In this document: piece by piece, positions 1 to 13,512 of the stretch
Numbering within the stretch: the stretch's first letter is position 1
Layout of the letters: each line of letters starts with the position of its first letter
Assembly (NCBI GenBank): GCA_951406725.2
Contig: OX597837.1
Span: 47,244,001-47,308,000, forward strand
Source of the DNA: Octopus vulgaris
Lineage: Eukaryota
Direction of reading: 5' to 3'
Length of the DNA: 64,000 bases
Position numbers and translations under genes: made by a program
Notes under the pieces: model-generated
What the model was told of the DNA's origin: nothing
What the model saw: only the letters and a program-made list of their open reading frames with translations
Database searches by the model: none

Positions 1-31
1 ACTGTGGTGGATTTTCTGGAGTACTTGGAAT

Positions 32-274
32 CAGGGCCAGTGCTAGAAAGTACAGGGTCCAATTAGAGAATTACAAGGGGGCCCCACCTGCTCTTCAAAA
101 GCTGAAGACTGATGTTTTATTCTTCTTGTAGTGCACCAGTCCCAGCCAAAAAGCATTCAGGGCTTGATACAAAAATTTCATGATAGTATCCTGTTTGAGC
201 ATGTGTGCTAGGCCCTCTCTTGGCGCAGGACCCAATTTGAACAAACCTGTCTAACTGGCTTAAAACTAGCCCTG
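32..274. mobile_element. hAT-like MITE
   Basis: Terminal inverted repeats CAGGGCCAGT...ACTAGCCCTG; degenerate 8-bp flanking duplication cttggaat/cttggcag; no ORF. Confidence 0.5.
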
Positions 275-869
275 CTTGGCAGTTATGGGTTTGGTACAAG
301 GGTACCATAACAGCTAGAGTTTTGTAATGCAAATGATCTAGTGGTTTGAAACAAAACCTTCAGGAAATTACTCAGTCACCTGGTCACTTAACAATCAGGT
401 GAGCACACCAGAAATGTAGATTTTATTCTCATCAGAAAGTGGGCGAGGTAGATGGCTTTAAATGCCATGCCTTTCCAGGGGAAGAATATATTTCCCAGTA
501 CAGACTAGTGGTTAGCGACTTCAAAATAAGGGCTACTTCACCTTAGATACAAAAGATGGTTTAGAGGAGGAAGACTTGCAAGTTGAAATAACCATCTTTG
601 AGGTTTTAACTGATGCTTTACATCAAGAGAGTAGAGGAGACAGCAAAAGCAAAACTGACAGTTTGGGGGTGGGGAGGGTTATCTGCTGCTAGTAAGTACA
701 ATGTCTCATACACAAACACATGGAACAGGCTTCCATAAAGTTTTTGTCAACCAAATTCCACTAACTGGAATTGTTGACAGAAGATACCCGTCCCATGGTG
801 ATGCGATGAAATTGAACCCAGAACCTCTCAGTCAATACAACCATGTCTGCAATCTTCGTTTTCAGATGT

Positions 870-1215
870 TAAAACTGGTATTCTGTCGGTTAAAACAATG
901 AGGGTTCCAATTGATCTGAACAACAAAACAGCCCCAGCTTGTGAAATTAATGTGCAAGTGGCTGAGTACCCCACAGACACACACATAGCCTTAGTGTAGT
1001 TCTCAGGGAGATTTGGCATGACACAGAATGTGACAAGTCAGGCCCCTTTCAATTACAGGTACAAATCATTGAATGGACTGGAGCAACATGAAATAAAGTG
1101 TCTTGTTCAAGAACACAATGCCCCACCAGGAATCGACCTTATGACCTTATGACCTATGGCTTATGTCCTATGGCTTATGACCTTATGACCTAACTACTAA
1201 GCCTCGCACCTTCAC
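870..1215 (-). mobile_element. tRNA-derived SINE (family C)
   Basis: Reverse complement starts GTGAAGGTGCGAGGCTTAGTAGTTAGG...GGTCGATTCC (A/B-box-like); homologous to 62882-63140; internal 8-bp gaccttat tandem. Confidence 0.55.
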
Positions 1216-2102
1216 AAAAAACAAAAATGATGTAAAACATCTTTGACCAATAAGAGATTGATAAATGTCTTATAATAGCATTTTACTATGATAACATCAA
1301 TGTCAGATAAAAGAGATGAGAAGAGAAAAAGAAATGGAAAAATGAAGGAAAAAAAATAGATGAAATATTAAAGAAAAAGTAAAAAAAAAAGCAAAAGAAA
1401 GTTTTTTTTTTATGAGAATCAAATAACATTAAATAAAGGATTTTAAAAATGCCTGGAGTTTTATCCTTTTTTTAAATTTTAATTTCCATTCAAAATATCA
1501 AATTTATTTGCTGAAGCTTAAGTTTTGATTTGAAGGGATTCCATCTGGTTCTCTCTCCACAGATTCCCTTATTTAGGGCACTCACCTCTTCCAACCTCTC
1601 TCGTTTTCCTTCTCTCTTTCTCTTCTATTTTCCCCTTTAACGATTCCCTTGCTTTCTTCTTCTATATTTTCTCTCTTTTCATTTCCTTCCTCCAGATTCA
1701 TTCTCACTCTCATTCATTCATTCGTCGTCTCTCACACCCTGAGTCCCCCCTCCTGCCCCCCTCCCTCTACCACACAGAATCCTGTTTTCTATCAGCTTCT
1801 ATTAACTCTCTCTCTCTCTCTCTCTCTGTATATGTTCCTAGTTTCTCTCCCTCATTTGCTCACCCTTTCAAATCCTTCCATATTTGCTTTTTGCTTTCTT
1901 TCGTCATCCCCCCCCACCATCTATCCCTCCTTTCTGGCATTTCCACTATGTTCCAGAATATAAATCAGCGTGTGTGTGTGTATGTGTATGTGTGATGTAA
2001 ATCACATCACATGTGATCCAAATATTATAGGACAGCTGAATATATTGACATATATCAACCTTTCCACCTTTCCCCTCTCCAAACACAAAGAAACACACAT
2101 AC

Positions 2103-2151
<49 letters not shown>

Positions 2152-2152
<1 letters not shown>

Positions 2153-3600
2153 TAGCAGAATTACCCAGTAATACCCATAAAAGCAGGGGGCTATTTCCAG
2201 TCCCCGTTTCATGTCCTATCCCATTCTCGGTTCAGTTCCCATTTAAATTAGGAATAGATTTACAAATACTGGCAAGTTTTGCAGTTGAATCCTAAAACTG
2301 ATTGATTGTAATGGTAAGGTAATATCAAGGTGGAATTGCTGGATGGTTGGAAGGCTGAGAGGATTGACGATGTGCGACTATGAAACGATTGATCATCATC
2401 ATCATCGTTTAACATCTGCTTTCCATGCTAGCATGGGTTGGACGATTTTGATTGAGGGCTGGCAAACCAGATGGCCGCACCAGGCTCCAATCTTGATCTG
2501 GCAGAGTTTCTACAGCTAGATGCCCTTCCTAATGCCAACCACTCTGAGAGTGTAGTGGGTGCTTTTACGTGCCACCAGCATGGGAGCCAGTCAGGCAGTA
2601 CTGGCAATGACCTCGCTTGAATCTTTTTACACATGCCACCGGCACAGGTGCCAGTAAGGTGACGTTGGTAACGATCACGCTCGAATGTTGCCCTTTGATG
2701 GTTAATTATTATCAATTTTGCAGAGCCTCTTGACTGGAACATGAATAAACAAATGATTTCTTGAGCATTCTACATACAGCTGGCCATTAGAAAAAAACAG
2801 GTTCTGCAAGGTTTAGGCCTACCACCTCCAAGGACTGTCCATGGGACTTGTTGGTGATCATTATAGGAAATTGCAGTCAATTGAACTCAAACAGCATGTT
2901 AGAAGGAATCAGCAGAATTCATGGTATGAAGACAACCTCACCACTAACTTTACCAGTGAGAATGGTCATCTCTAAGACTTTTGGCATCATCTTCTTGATT
3001 GTAAATTGTGTGCCACTGCAAAGCTTGGATAAGTCCAGGATTCTTAAAAGCATTACTGGTGCACCAATCTTGAGGTGCAAGTTGTGAGGTGGAAGGCCTG
3101 CTGGCACCAGTGTATTCAAAAATTCAGTGGGTTAGTTCACAACTTCATTGGAGTTAAGCGCAGAGTCAATTGATCCAGGAGTTTGATGTTCAAATCATCC
3201 ACTGACACATTCTTTGGCGCTAAGATGGCATGTGCTTTCAGCTAGGTTTGGTCTTTAAATCGAATCCCCAGGTTTGGAAACACTGTAGCCATTAGTTTCC
3301 CTGTATTCGATATACTGTGGCCATCCTGTCCACCAATCAGAGTGGCTTTACCAATGACCAATAGCTTCCGAGAGAAAGTTCCAACTTCTTCATCACCACT
3401 GAGCTGCACTGTGCTCCTTTCCCCAGAAAAGTAAAGATTTGGCTGCTATCTCTAGCACGCCCTGCTACCATATAACAGCTACTTGTGATAACAGTTCACT
3501 ACGCATGATTTCGATGTCAATTTGATGGTTAATTCACTAAAATGAATGCATTAAGTGATAGGTAAAAATAAAGAACAAAGTATGAAAATTCACTCTTCCC
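2152..3600 (-). mobile_element. Helitron remnant with PIF1-family helicase fragment
   Basis: ORF 2919-3119 PPHNLHLKIGAPVMLLR..LCSGT..TILTG..GEVVFIP matches the Helitron PIF1 helicase pattern; CTAG 3' end at 2152-2155 next to a TA tract; right boundary approximate. Confidence 0.8.
2391..2700 (-). mobile_element. RTE LINE 3' UTR/tail fragment inserted in the Helitron
   Basis: (CAT)n, then CCATGCTAGCATGG palindrome and CTACAGCT(G/A)GATGCCCTTCCTAA; same as the 3' end of the RTE copy at 24523-28444. Confidence 0.8.
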
Positions 3601-3909
3601 TTCAGTAAACACATTCTCTCTCTCATGCTCTGTCCCTATCTCTCGCTCTTGCTGTCACTCACATTCCTTGTCCCTCTGTCTCTTTCGGTCTCCTCCCCTT
3701 CGCTGATATCAGCCACCCTCTTTATGCAAGGACATTTCCTTCATCAGGCTTTTCATGCATGGAAGAAGATGAAAGACATTATCTATAGTGTTATTGTTTC
3801 AGTTTCCTGTCTGTCTCTTTCTGCTTCCTCCCCTAATATGTGATACCTGCACAGGTGCTAGCTACGCCATACAGGCATCAGTCACATTATCTCTGTGAGA
3901 CTCCAACAC

Positions 3910-5875
3910 TCAAAAGGTGCTTTTTACCTGCCACCAGCACAGGAGCCAGTCCTGTGACACTGGCATCAGCTACAATTTCACTCAGCTCCACGGGTCTTCT
4001 CAAGTATGGCAAATTGCCAAAAGTCTCGCTTTGCAAGTCATTGCCTCCATGAGGCCCAACATTCGAAGATCATGCTTCACCACCTCATCTCATGTCTTCC
4101 TAGGTCTACCTCTCCCACAGGTTCCCACCACAGTTAGAGATCGGCACTTCTTGACACACCTGTCCTCATCCACATGCACCTCATCACCAGTCATCTCTCT
4201 TGCACATCTGATGCTTCTTATGCCTAACTCTTCTCTCAAAATACTTACACTCTGTCGCACATGCAACAAAACATGCTAGCTTCATTTCTTACAAGCCTTC
4301 ACAAATCCTTGGTGGTCACAGCCTCTGTTTCACTGCCGTGTAGCATAGCTGTACACACACAGGCATCATACAGTCAGCCTTTCTCTCTGATTTGGAGGCC
4401 CTTTGTCGCCAATAGAGAGAGGAGCTCACTGAATATTGTCCAACCTATTTTTATTCTTGCAGCTACGCTCTTGGACCATCCACCACTGCTACTGACTCAG
4501 TCACCTAGATCATGGAAGTTATCAACTTCTAGCTTACCCTCACTGGCATTTGATGGAGTCAATTTTCTGTACATTTTTAGTGTTTATTGTACCTGTGCAC
4601 CTTCCACACACCTGTTGCACTTCTTATATTTCCATAGCTTGCACTGGGTACACCTTATGGAATTTCTACCTATGCCTTTCCTACAGACTGAGCAGGGCCA
4701 TCTACATGAAGGGATTTGTGATTTGTCTGCTTTCCTACTTACTAAGACTTTGGTTTTTGCTGGGTTAACTCTAAGCCCCTTTGAGTCTAGCACTTGCTTC
4801 CACACTTGAAATTTCTCTAGTTCTGGTAGTGATTCAGTTATAAGAACAAGGTCATCAGCATAGAAGAGCTCCTAGGGGCAGCCTGTCTTAAATTCTTCTG
4901 TTATTGCCTGGAGGACTATGATGAACAGGAAGTGGCTGAAACTGATCCTTAGTGAACCCCTATTTGTACCTTGAATTCATTGCTATACTCATTGCCAACC
5001 CTCACCTTATTGACTGCATCCCTGTACATGGCTTTTGCAGCTCTCACCAACCACTTGTCTATCCCTAGTTTCCACAGTGAATACCAGATAAGGGATTGGG
5101 GGACTGTGTCAAAGGCTTTCTCCATGTCAACAAAAGCCAAGTACAGAGGTTTATCTTTGGCTAGGTACTTCTCCTGCAGCTGCCTTACCACAAATATAAC
5201 ATCAGTCATGCTGCTTCATAGCACAAAACCAAACTGCATCTCATGTAGACTAATTCTCCCTAATTAGTTGGGTTATGACTCTCTCCATGACATTCATCAC
5301 CTGATCCAATAATTTGATACATCTGTAATTATTTCTATCTAAGGCATCACCTTTACCTTTGTAGCAGTTGACTGTGGTCCTGCTACACCAGTCATTGGGT
5401 ATGACTCCTTCGTGTACCACCTGATTAATTAAATAGGTGACTAGACCCAACACTGTCAGATATTTTAAGCATCTCAGCGATTATTCTTGATGGGCTGAAG
5501 GCTTTCCCCATCTTCATATCCTTCATGGCTTTGTTTACAATGCTACAGTCTTTTGGGATTGCTGGTCCCTCTGCTGGATCAACATTAGGCAAGCCCTCCT
5601 TCTCTCATGACTTCTCTACATTTAGGAGCCTTTCATAGTGGCACTTCCAAGCCACTTTCTTTGCAGTGCCACAAACTACAAGTGAACCATCATCCATGCG
5701 AATACACTTCTCTCGCACAGTATCACAATTTTCCCTGGCACACTGTCTTGCAAACCTAAAAACTTCAAGCCACTGGTCCTCACATGGCAGAACATTGGCA
5801 AACTTCTTCCTTTCTGCTTCACCTCTGGCTAAGTATACCTGCTTCCTAGCTTCCCTTCTAGGTGGCTGATATCAG
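3910..5875 (-). mobile_element. Decayed RTE-clade LINE (reverse transcriptase region)
   Basis: Broken ORFs: YKGKGDALDRNNYRCIKLL, VRQLQEKY..AFVDMEKAFD, FYADDL at about 4850, [20 protein letters not shown]. Confidence 0.9.
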
Positions 5876-5944
5876 CCACCTTGATACATTGTCTAAATAA
5901 ATACTCCACCATTTAAATAAGGATACATTTAACTATATGATGTT

Positions 5945-6394
5945 ATGGCACTTAAAAGGCACCATTTGAGCGTGATCATTACCAGTGTCGCCTTACTGGC
6001 ACTTGAGCCCCGTGCTAGTAAGGTATTAAGAGCACCATCCGAGCGTGATCGTTGCCAGAACGGCTATCTGGCCTTCGTGCCGGTGCCATGTAAAAGACAC
6101 CATTTGAGCGTGATCTTTACCAACATCACCTTACTGGCACCTGTGCCAGTGACATGTGTAAAAGATTCGAGCAAGGTCGTTGCCAGTACCGCCTGACTGG
6201 CCCCGTGCCAGTGGTACGTAAAAGCACCCACTACACTCTCGAAGTGGTTGGTGTTAGGAAGGGCATCCAGCTGTAGAAACTCTGCCAGATCAAGATTGGA
6301 GCCTGATGCAGCCATCTGGTTCGCTGGCCCTCAATCACTCGTCCAACCCATGCTAGCATGGAAAGCGGACGTTAAACGATGATGATGATGATGA
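5945..6394 (+). mobile_element. RTE LINE 3' UTR with (GAT)n tail
   Basis: Repeated GCACC/GTGCC modules ending CCAACCCATGCTAGCATGGAAAGCGGACGTTAAACGATGATGAT. Confidence 0.85.
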
Positions 6395-7039
6395 TACTGG
6401 ATGTAGTGTATCTAAACATTTGCTGAGATGGTCATAATTGGAGTACTCATTCTGATCAGGACTCATTTAAAGTTAAACAACAAGTGATGATGTAACTAGA
6501 GTACTATTAAATTAGGTTACTTTATTAATGATGCATAGAGCTAACAGTAATTTGAGAAGACTTTTTTGTCTTGGCCTTGCAGGTATTGCGCTGGCATCTG
6601 TAGTTTATAACTTTCATCTGTAGTCATATATCTCGACTAGACTTCTCTCATTTCATGTTATGTACAAAGTCATGTCATGGTTGAGCTAGTAGGCTAAAAC
6701 TATAGTAAACTTACATAATCTAGCCATTGTCTTTTGACAAAAGTGTATTGTTTTTGAATATTTTTACATTTTGCCCTGCATTCTTCACTCTTCTTTTTTT
6801 TATTTCAAACAGAAATGTAAGAAAACAAAAAGAACACCCCCCCCCCCAGCTAGTTTAATTTCACCTTCGTTCACCTTTCAATTGAAACGGATCAGCAGAG
6901 AAAACATGAGCAGCTAAAGTAAGTAGACATGTAGCTCTTCTACAGGAAGAAATTTAATCTGGCCTCTTCTTTCATACTTTAACCCCACTTCTCCAAGTAT
7001 ACCTAGGTAGGTAGGTAGGTATTATGTATGTGTGTGTGT

Positions 7040-7240
7040 GTAAAGTTAATCCAGACATGAAAACACAACGCGAGGACGTGGAACAAGTATAGTGTTATTG
7101 GACGCTCAGGAAAGGAAAGAAAGAAGGAGGATATCATGTTTCGAGCGGAGCTCTTCGTCAGAAACATAGAAAAAGGAAAGATCCAAGGAAGGGAAGATGG
7201 AGGAAACATAATCGCCAACGATACACACGCGGTCACATTT
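7040..7240 (-). mobile_element. Short interspersed repeat with hammerhead-like core (probable Penelope terminal repeat)
   Basis: Homologous to 50943-51115; minus strand reads gttt CTGACGA a GAGC tcc GCTC GAAAC at 7131-7166. Confidence 0.6.
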
Positions 7241-7744
7241 TGAATGTGTGTATGTATGTATGAAGTGACATGGCAGCGGAACAATGAGGTTATATACAAG
7301 GGTGATGGGGCCATAAAAAAGAAAAGAAGGGTTTGAAAAGAGTGGGAAAGTGACAGTAGCAATGCACCATATCAGGCTGCTAAAAGAGAAGCTGGGCAAC
7401 AGGTTTTTCCAGTAAGGGCAGAAACAGAAAAAAAGAAGTGTGAAAGTGCTACTATGAAAAGCTATTAAAATTTGGAGAATGAATGAAAGAAAAGGAGTCT
7501 CCCCTATGAGAAACCAACAGCTGGACCAGCTATTCTAGTTGACAGCAGCATGATAAATAAGGCAATTAAGGATAAAACAGGAAAAACCACCTGGTCTATT
7601 AGGGGGTTACTGCTGAGATACTTAGAGCATCTGGCAGAGTAGCATACTTGTACATTAAAACAGGTCATTGAGGAAGGTGTCATCCCTAATGATTGCTGTA
7701 ATATTATAGGCAGCCACTACAAGGGTGAGGGAGATGCCTTAAAT

Positions 7745-9220
7745 CAGTGTCTCTCAACCATTTTTATCAATAAATCCCTTTGATTCCTATTTTACTTGGG
7801 TGAACCCTCCTAGCCATTCGACTTTAAAAAAAATCTTATATGATATTTTTATAATCAAATATTATTAGGGATTGTATAAAAAAAAATATCAAAATATTTT
7901 GTGTATTGTACGGAGTGTCCCCGAAAGATTTGCCCAGGTTTATGACTCTTCCTAAAAAATATTGGTCCAGATGATGTTATCTACATTTCACATGAAGCTT
8001 TGCATATGTCTTTTCTTCCTGCATTTAATTCTTTGATTCATCTATAACATGGTGCCAAAAGCAAAACGTGACCAGACTGTCACTTCGAAAACAGCTGAAA
8101 TGAGCAACAAGGACAGAGCAAAACTGTTGGATGTGTGTCATAAAACAATGTCCAATACCTGGAAATGATATATGGAGTCCGCTACTACCTCCAGCAAGCC
8201 AATTCCTGGTAGGAAACGATCAATTCATACCAAACAAACTGTTGAAGCTGTGAAAAAGTGAGTGCAAGAAAAGCTGCAAAAGCTCTTGATATTTCGAAAC
8301 CGTCAATTCAGAGGATTTCTAAAGAGGATTTAAAGCTAACTGCAAACAAGAAACAATCCCAGCAATTTCAGAAGCTTCCAAGAAGAAAGAGCTTGACGAG
8401 GGTAAAACTATGTCAGCTGAGAGGAAGCGTGCCACTAACAAAGTGTTGATGTGGTCCACCGAGATCTTCACTGTGGAGGCTGTTACCAACAGGCAGCATG
8501 ACAGGTTTTATGCACGTAATGCAACAGACTTGCCTGAAGGTAGCAGAAGTTATTTACATCTCAGAAGCCAGCTTCACTCATGGTGTGGGCCACAGTTGCA
8601 TCTGATGGGTCCAAGTTTCCCTTGATCTTCATCGATGCTAGCATCAAGGTCAACAGTAAAGTTTATGTGGAAATACTGGATGGGAAAGTGTTACCCTGCA
8701 TCATAGAAACCTTTGGTGACTGATACATTTTCAAGATGGGGTTCGAACTCACATATCCAATTTGACACAGAGGTGGTGCAAAGAGCATTTCAGTGGATTT
8801 TGGGACCAGACAATATGGCCCTCCTCAAGTCCAGATGTTAATCTCATGGACTTTGCTATCTGGTCCATCTTAGAGAGTACTGTTTCTGTTCACTTCTATT
8901 CAAATGTGTCAGATCTGAAGTAAACTCTTCTGTCTTCATGGGTCAAATTGGATGAAGAGGTGGCACCACACTCATACAACTCAGTGACTACTCATCTGCA
9001 GGCTACGATCAAGATAAAAGGTGGTCGTTTTGAAATGTAATTACTGCAATGGATTGGCAATTTCCATTAGAACAGGTGTGCCAAATTTCATTTTTCTACC
9101 TTAGGTTTATTTTGAATAATTAAGAAATATCAATGGGTAAATCTTTCTGGCCCAGCCTGTATAAGCAACTGGAGATAAATTTTAACAAAATCTTGTTTGG
9201 ACTCCGTTTGAGAACCACTG
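7745..9220. mobile_element. hAT (Charlie-like) MITE, itself interrupted
   Basis: TIRs CAGTGTCTCTCAA...TTGAGAACCACTG; degenerate 8-bp TSD ccttaaat/ctttggat. Confidence 0.65.
7911..9159 (+). mobile_element. Tc1/mariner DD37D (maT-type) transposon, full-length but decayed
   Basis: TA on both flanks; imperfect TIRs (GAAAGATTTGCCCA / TGGGTAAATCTTTC); QDG at 8735 and WPSSSPDVNLMD with 37 residues between the second and third Asp. Confidence 0.85.
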
Positions 9221-10689
9221 CTTTGGATAGAAGTAAGTATAGAGGCATCAAATTGATGAAAGTTAGAGAGTAAGAGCCCAATTAATTAGGAACAGAATTA
9301 AATGAGATGAAATGCATTTTGACTTTGTCCCAGGGAGAAGCACTACTGGTGATATCTTCATAATAAGGCAACTGCAAGAGAAGCATTTAGCTAAGAATAA
9401 ACCATTGTACTTGGCATTTGTTGACCTGGAGAAAACCTTCAACAGAGTACTTAGCTTTGTGTAAATGGTCATCTCTGAGGAAGCTAGGGATAGAAGAATG
9501 ACTTGTGTCCCCTCCTATTCATCATCAATGGAATTTAAGACTGGTTGTCCATGGGAATGACTATATGTTGATGATCTTGTTCTTATAGCAGAATCTTTAA
9601 TGGAACTAGAGAAGAAATTCCGAGAGTGGAAGAAAAATTTGGAATTGAATAACCTTAAAATTAACAAAGACTAAGGTTTTAGTAAGCAAAAATAAAAATT
9701 AATGGCTCTGCTGAATACCTAGGAAAGGTGTAGGTAGAAATTCCATTTGGTGTACCCAGTGCAAGCTGTGAACCCACAAGAGGTACGATAGAATCACAAG
9801 AAGGTTAACAGAAGACGTAGTCTTTATGCTTGGAAGCTGCACAAGAACCATTAAGGCTACACATAAAACGGATTTTCTCAGATGCCCCAGAGGCTCTCTA
9901 GAGTAGAAGATAATTTGCGTTAAGGAGATGATGAACGTTTGCAATGTCTGGCATTTTGCTCAAGAAAACCCCGTCCACTGCAGCATTCTCTCAACCCCAT
10001 CAACCTTCTTTCCCACTTCTCTTCTTTATCTAGGGTATTATTTGGCTACCATAATCACTTGAGAGCAGAATAGACATCATATTTCATCCCCTCCCCCTTG
10101 GTTACCTTCCTCTTCTTCCTCATCCCAGAATCACTTCCATTTATAATTATCTTCCCTGCCCACTGGTTCCACCAATCATCACCTGTTTGTGCCTTCAGCC
10201 ACGGCCCTCTCTCTCTCTCTCTCTCTCTCTCTCCCCGCTCTGCTTTACTCCATCTTTAATATCTCTCTTATCCCTCTCAACACCCTCACATATCTACCCA
10301 TAACACACCCCATACCCACTGAGCCACCCTTGTATCTCTTACCATCATTTACTACGTTCATTTCTAGTCCATCTCAAACCGGCTCTTCCAGCATTCTAAT
10401 GAAACTTCCCCATCTATCCACCCCACCACCCACTCAGCTTCATCCTCTCTATCACTTCACCTATATTCACCCCAAACTGTACTTTCAGGGTATGTCACCA
10501 TCACCATCACCATCTCTCTCTCTCCTCTATCTTTCCAAGTCACTCTCCCTCCATTCTCTTCCAAATGGTGCATCCTGGTTTTTATTCTACAGTAACACTC
10601 TTACCTCTATTCCTCTTATTTCTTTAACCTCTCATCACCTGGCACAAAGCCACCTCCCTCAATGCTACCCACCCCCCTCCCAGTTGAGG

Positions 10690-11080
10690 GGTCTTCGTTT
10701 TGCAAGTTACTTGGTGACCCTGCCGGTGCTGGTGCCATGCAAAAAGTACCCAAAACACTCTGTAGATTGGCCGGCATTTGGAAGGGCATCCAATCATAGG
10801 AACCTCACTAAAGCAGAGAATAGAGCTTGGTGCAATCCTCTGGCTTGCCAGTTCTTGTCAAACAGTCTGACCCATGCCAGCATGGAAAATGGACATTAAA
10901 TGATGACAATAATACATGCACGCACACACACACACACTTTCATGCTGGCATGAGTTGGAGTTTGACAAGTACTGGCAACCTGGAAGGCCACACTGAGCTC
11001 TCTCAGTTTCGGCATGGTTTTTTTTTCATGGCTGGATGCCATCATCACACAAACCATTTTACAGAGTGTACTGGGTACTT
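10690..11080. mobile_element. Two RTE 3'-tail fragments in opposite orientation
   Basis: + copy ends ccatgccagcatggaaaatggacattaaatgatga (about 10905); - copy starts catgctggcatg at about 10940. Confidence 0.6.
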
Positions 11081-11735
11081 TTTTCAAGCCTCTGAGGGGC
11101 AGCGTTACTTGCAAGGCAGGAAAGAAAAAACCCCGGGGAGGAAGAAGGAAGATAGCTCCCACTCTAAAAAGCGGAATATTTGAGAGGGTTAAGATGGAGG
11201 TGGGTGGCAGGTGTTGAGGAACAAGCACAGGTGTCTTGCTGTGGAGAAGATGCTGAGGAGGACAAAAGGAAGGTAGTGATGGGATGTTAGAGCAAACTGT
11301 CGAGGTACAAGAGGCTGGGTATAAGAGAGGATATGGGTAGGGAGGGAGTGAGAGTGAGAGAGGAAGGAATAATTGATGGTTAAGGGGGCGGGGTAGAGGT
11401 GCAGTTGAAGGGAAATTCCAGAATGGAGAGGATTAAGAGATAAAGAAGTGGCTGAGAAAAGAGAATAGATGAGAAAGTGGTGGGATGATGTGCAAAGTGT
11501 AAGGGCTGTGGAGAGGGGGATATAGGGACACAAGAGGGAGTGTAGTAAGTGAAGCATGGCAGATAAGAAGAGTTAAGAATGGAGAATACAAGAAGTGAGA
11601 GAGCAGACAGAGAAAGGAGGTCATTGGTAGAAGTAGTGGTGGGCAAGGATGACATGAAATGGAAGTGGTTCAGGGTGTGGGGGATGTAATATATAGACAC
11701 AAATATTATAATACGCACTTATTTATATATTTTAC

Positions 11736-11820
11736 CTGTGTTTTGTATTGCAAAGTTTGCACAACAGTGCTGCTGCAATTTATTCACTAAAGTTCCAAAT
11801 ACATGCAAACGGAAAGATAC
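11736..11820 (-). other. Candidate spliced exon (85 nt)
   Basis: Non-repetitive sequence; acceptor cctgttttcaaaag| and donor CAG|gtaaaa; 72-nt intron to the neighbouring exon. Confidence 0.4.
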
Positions 11821-11892
11821 CTTTTGAAAACAGGATTCAAAATATCAAATACAATGAAAAGTAATTAAGGTTAAGGGACAAAAAATTCTTAC

Positions 11893-11983
11893 CTGTGTAG
11901 ACTAAAGTGAATGTCCTTCTCGTAATTTTTGTCAGGTAGCATAATGCTAATGTTTGAAGATGTCCATGGTGGTTCTTCATATT
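11893..11983 (-). other. Candidate spliced exon (91 nt)
   Basis: Strong acceptor ccttttattttattctttgccag| and donor CAG|gtaaga; one open frame YEEPPWTSSNISIMLPDKNYEKDIHFSLH; product not recognised. Confidence 0.5.
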
Positions 11984-12469
11984 CTGGCAAAGAATAAAAT
12001 AAAAGGAAATGATAAATAGACTACTTACAGCCATGGCATGGAACTATATTTCCTGGAAAATCTAGGAGCTGAAACTGCTCAGAATGTGGCAGAAATAAAT
12101 TTTAAAATCCTAACCCTGTAATAAGTTAACAACAATAACAATATTAATTACAATAATAATTCTTTCCAACTTTGGTACTAGGCCAGCAATTTTACCTGTG
12201 ATCAACTTGTGCTTATTTTATTGACCCCAAAAAATGAAAGGCAAAGTCCAAGCCCAGGGAGAAGGGTAATACAATTTTCATGGACCAAAATTACTGAATG
12301 GATCCTTATGATATTTGAAACTTAGATTTAATGCATAAGGGCGGGTATAATGCAATATGTTTGGTTTGAGTTTCAGATGGTTTAAAGGGGACAGAACCCC
12401 CATGAAAATTCATAAATTTTCCTTGTTTGGTGTTTATGGGTGGTTCAATATGAAGAGGTTTTTTTTTAA

Positions 12470-12691
12470 CCCTTTTGTTACCAACCTGCCTGAAACTAGC
12501 ATTGGTTCTAGGACACAAACATCTTGTTTTAAAGTGATCTAAATTCAAATCTTCCATCAAAATTTCACATTAATTTAAGTTCCAAGCACCAGCTTCATAA
12601 TGACAAAATCCTTGTGCTAAATTCTTAATTATTTAAAAAATTAATCAAAACAAAGGTTGTATATTTCAGCAAAAATATAATAATGAAAGTG
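12470..12691. mobile_element. piggyBac-like MITE
   Basis: TTAA|CCCTTT ... AAAGTG|TTAA termini; non-coding. Confidence 0.5.
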
Positions 12692-12759
12692 TTAAATAAT
12701 AGAAATAGAATATTTTCAATGTTTCTAAGAGTTACACAAATCTGACACTCTTGGAGCCT

Positions 12760-12915
12760 AATTACATCAACCCCAGTACTCAACTGGTACTTGTTTTATC
12801 AACCTCAAGAGGGATGAAAAGCAAGGTCAACCTCAGTGAAATTTGAACTCAGAATGTGTAGACAGATGAAATGCTGCTAAGCATTTTGCCCAGTGTGCTA
12901 ATGATTCTGCCAGCA
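12760..12915 (-). mobile_element. SINE (family B) fragment
   Basis: Reverse complement of the GCTGGCAGAATC...GTTCAAATT...AAGTACCAG consensus seen at 19918 and 44776. Confidence 0.7.
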
Positions 12916-12918
12916 TGA

Positions 12919-13002
12919 AGAATAATAATAATAATGATAATAATAATAATAATAATGATAATAATAATAATAATGATGATAATAATAATAATAATAATGA
13001 TG

Positions 13003-13060
<58 letters not shown>

Positions 13061-13095
13061 TAATAATAATGATAATAATAATAATAATAATAATA

Positions 13096-13130
<35 letters not shown>
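12919..13130. repeat. (AAT)n/(GAT)n microsatellite
   Basis: Direct reading. Confidence 0.98.
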
Positions 13131-13133
<3 letters not shown>

Positions 13134-13476
13134 CTCTCCAGTCAAGAACAACATATGAGTGTTCAGCCTTTTGCCGACTGACCTGCACAAATGATTTGTT
13201 TGTAGTGGTCAAAGTATGTGCCGTGCATTAGGTCAGTCTCTCTGTCCATCAAATTGGCATTGCTTGACCAGGTGCCGGGCGGTATACGATGAGCCGTGTG
13301 TCAAAGTGATTGCAGAGCAGCTTGAGATGAAGCGTTTTGCTCAAGAACACAATGCGCCAGACTACGGAATCGAAACCACAACCTCGCAATCGTGAGTGCA
13401 ACACCTTAACCACTGGGCCATAGCTGGGACTTTAACATTCAGACAGACAGAGTAATAAAAGCTACAAGGCCTGATT

Positions 13477-13512
<36 letters not shown>

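Larger units (their letters stand above)
7260..9930 (+). mobile_element. Decayed RTE LINE interrupted by nested DNA transposons
   Basis: KGEGDAL before 7745 resumes as DRSKYRGIKL after 9220; IRQLQEKH, AFVDLEK and YVDDLVL downstream. Confidence 0.8.

Noticed and set aside
12849-13212. Poly-I/N/Y ORFs
   Set aside because: Trinucleotide microsatellite
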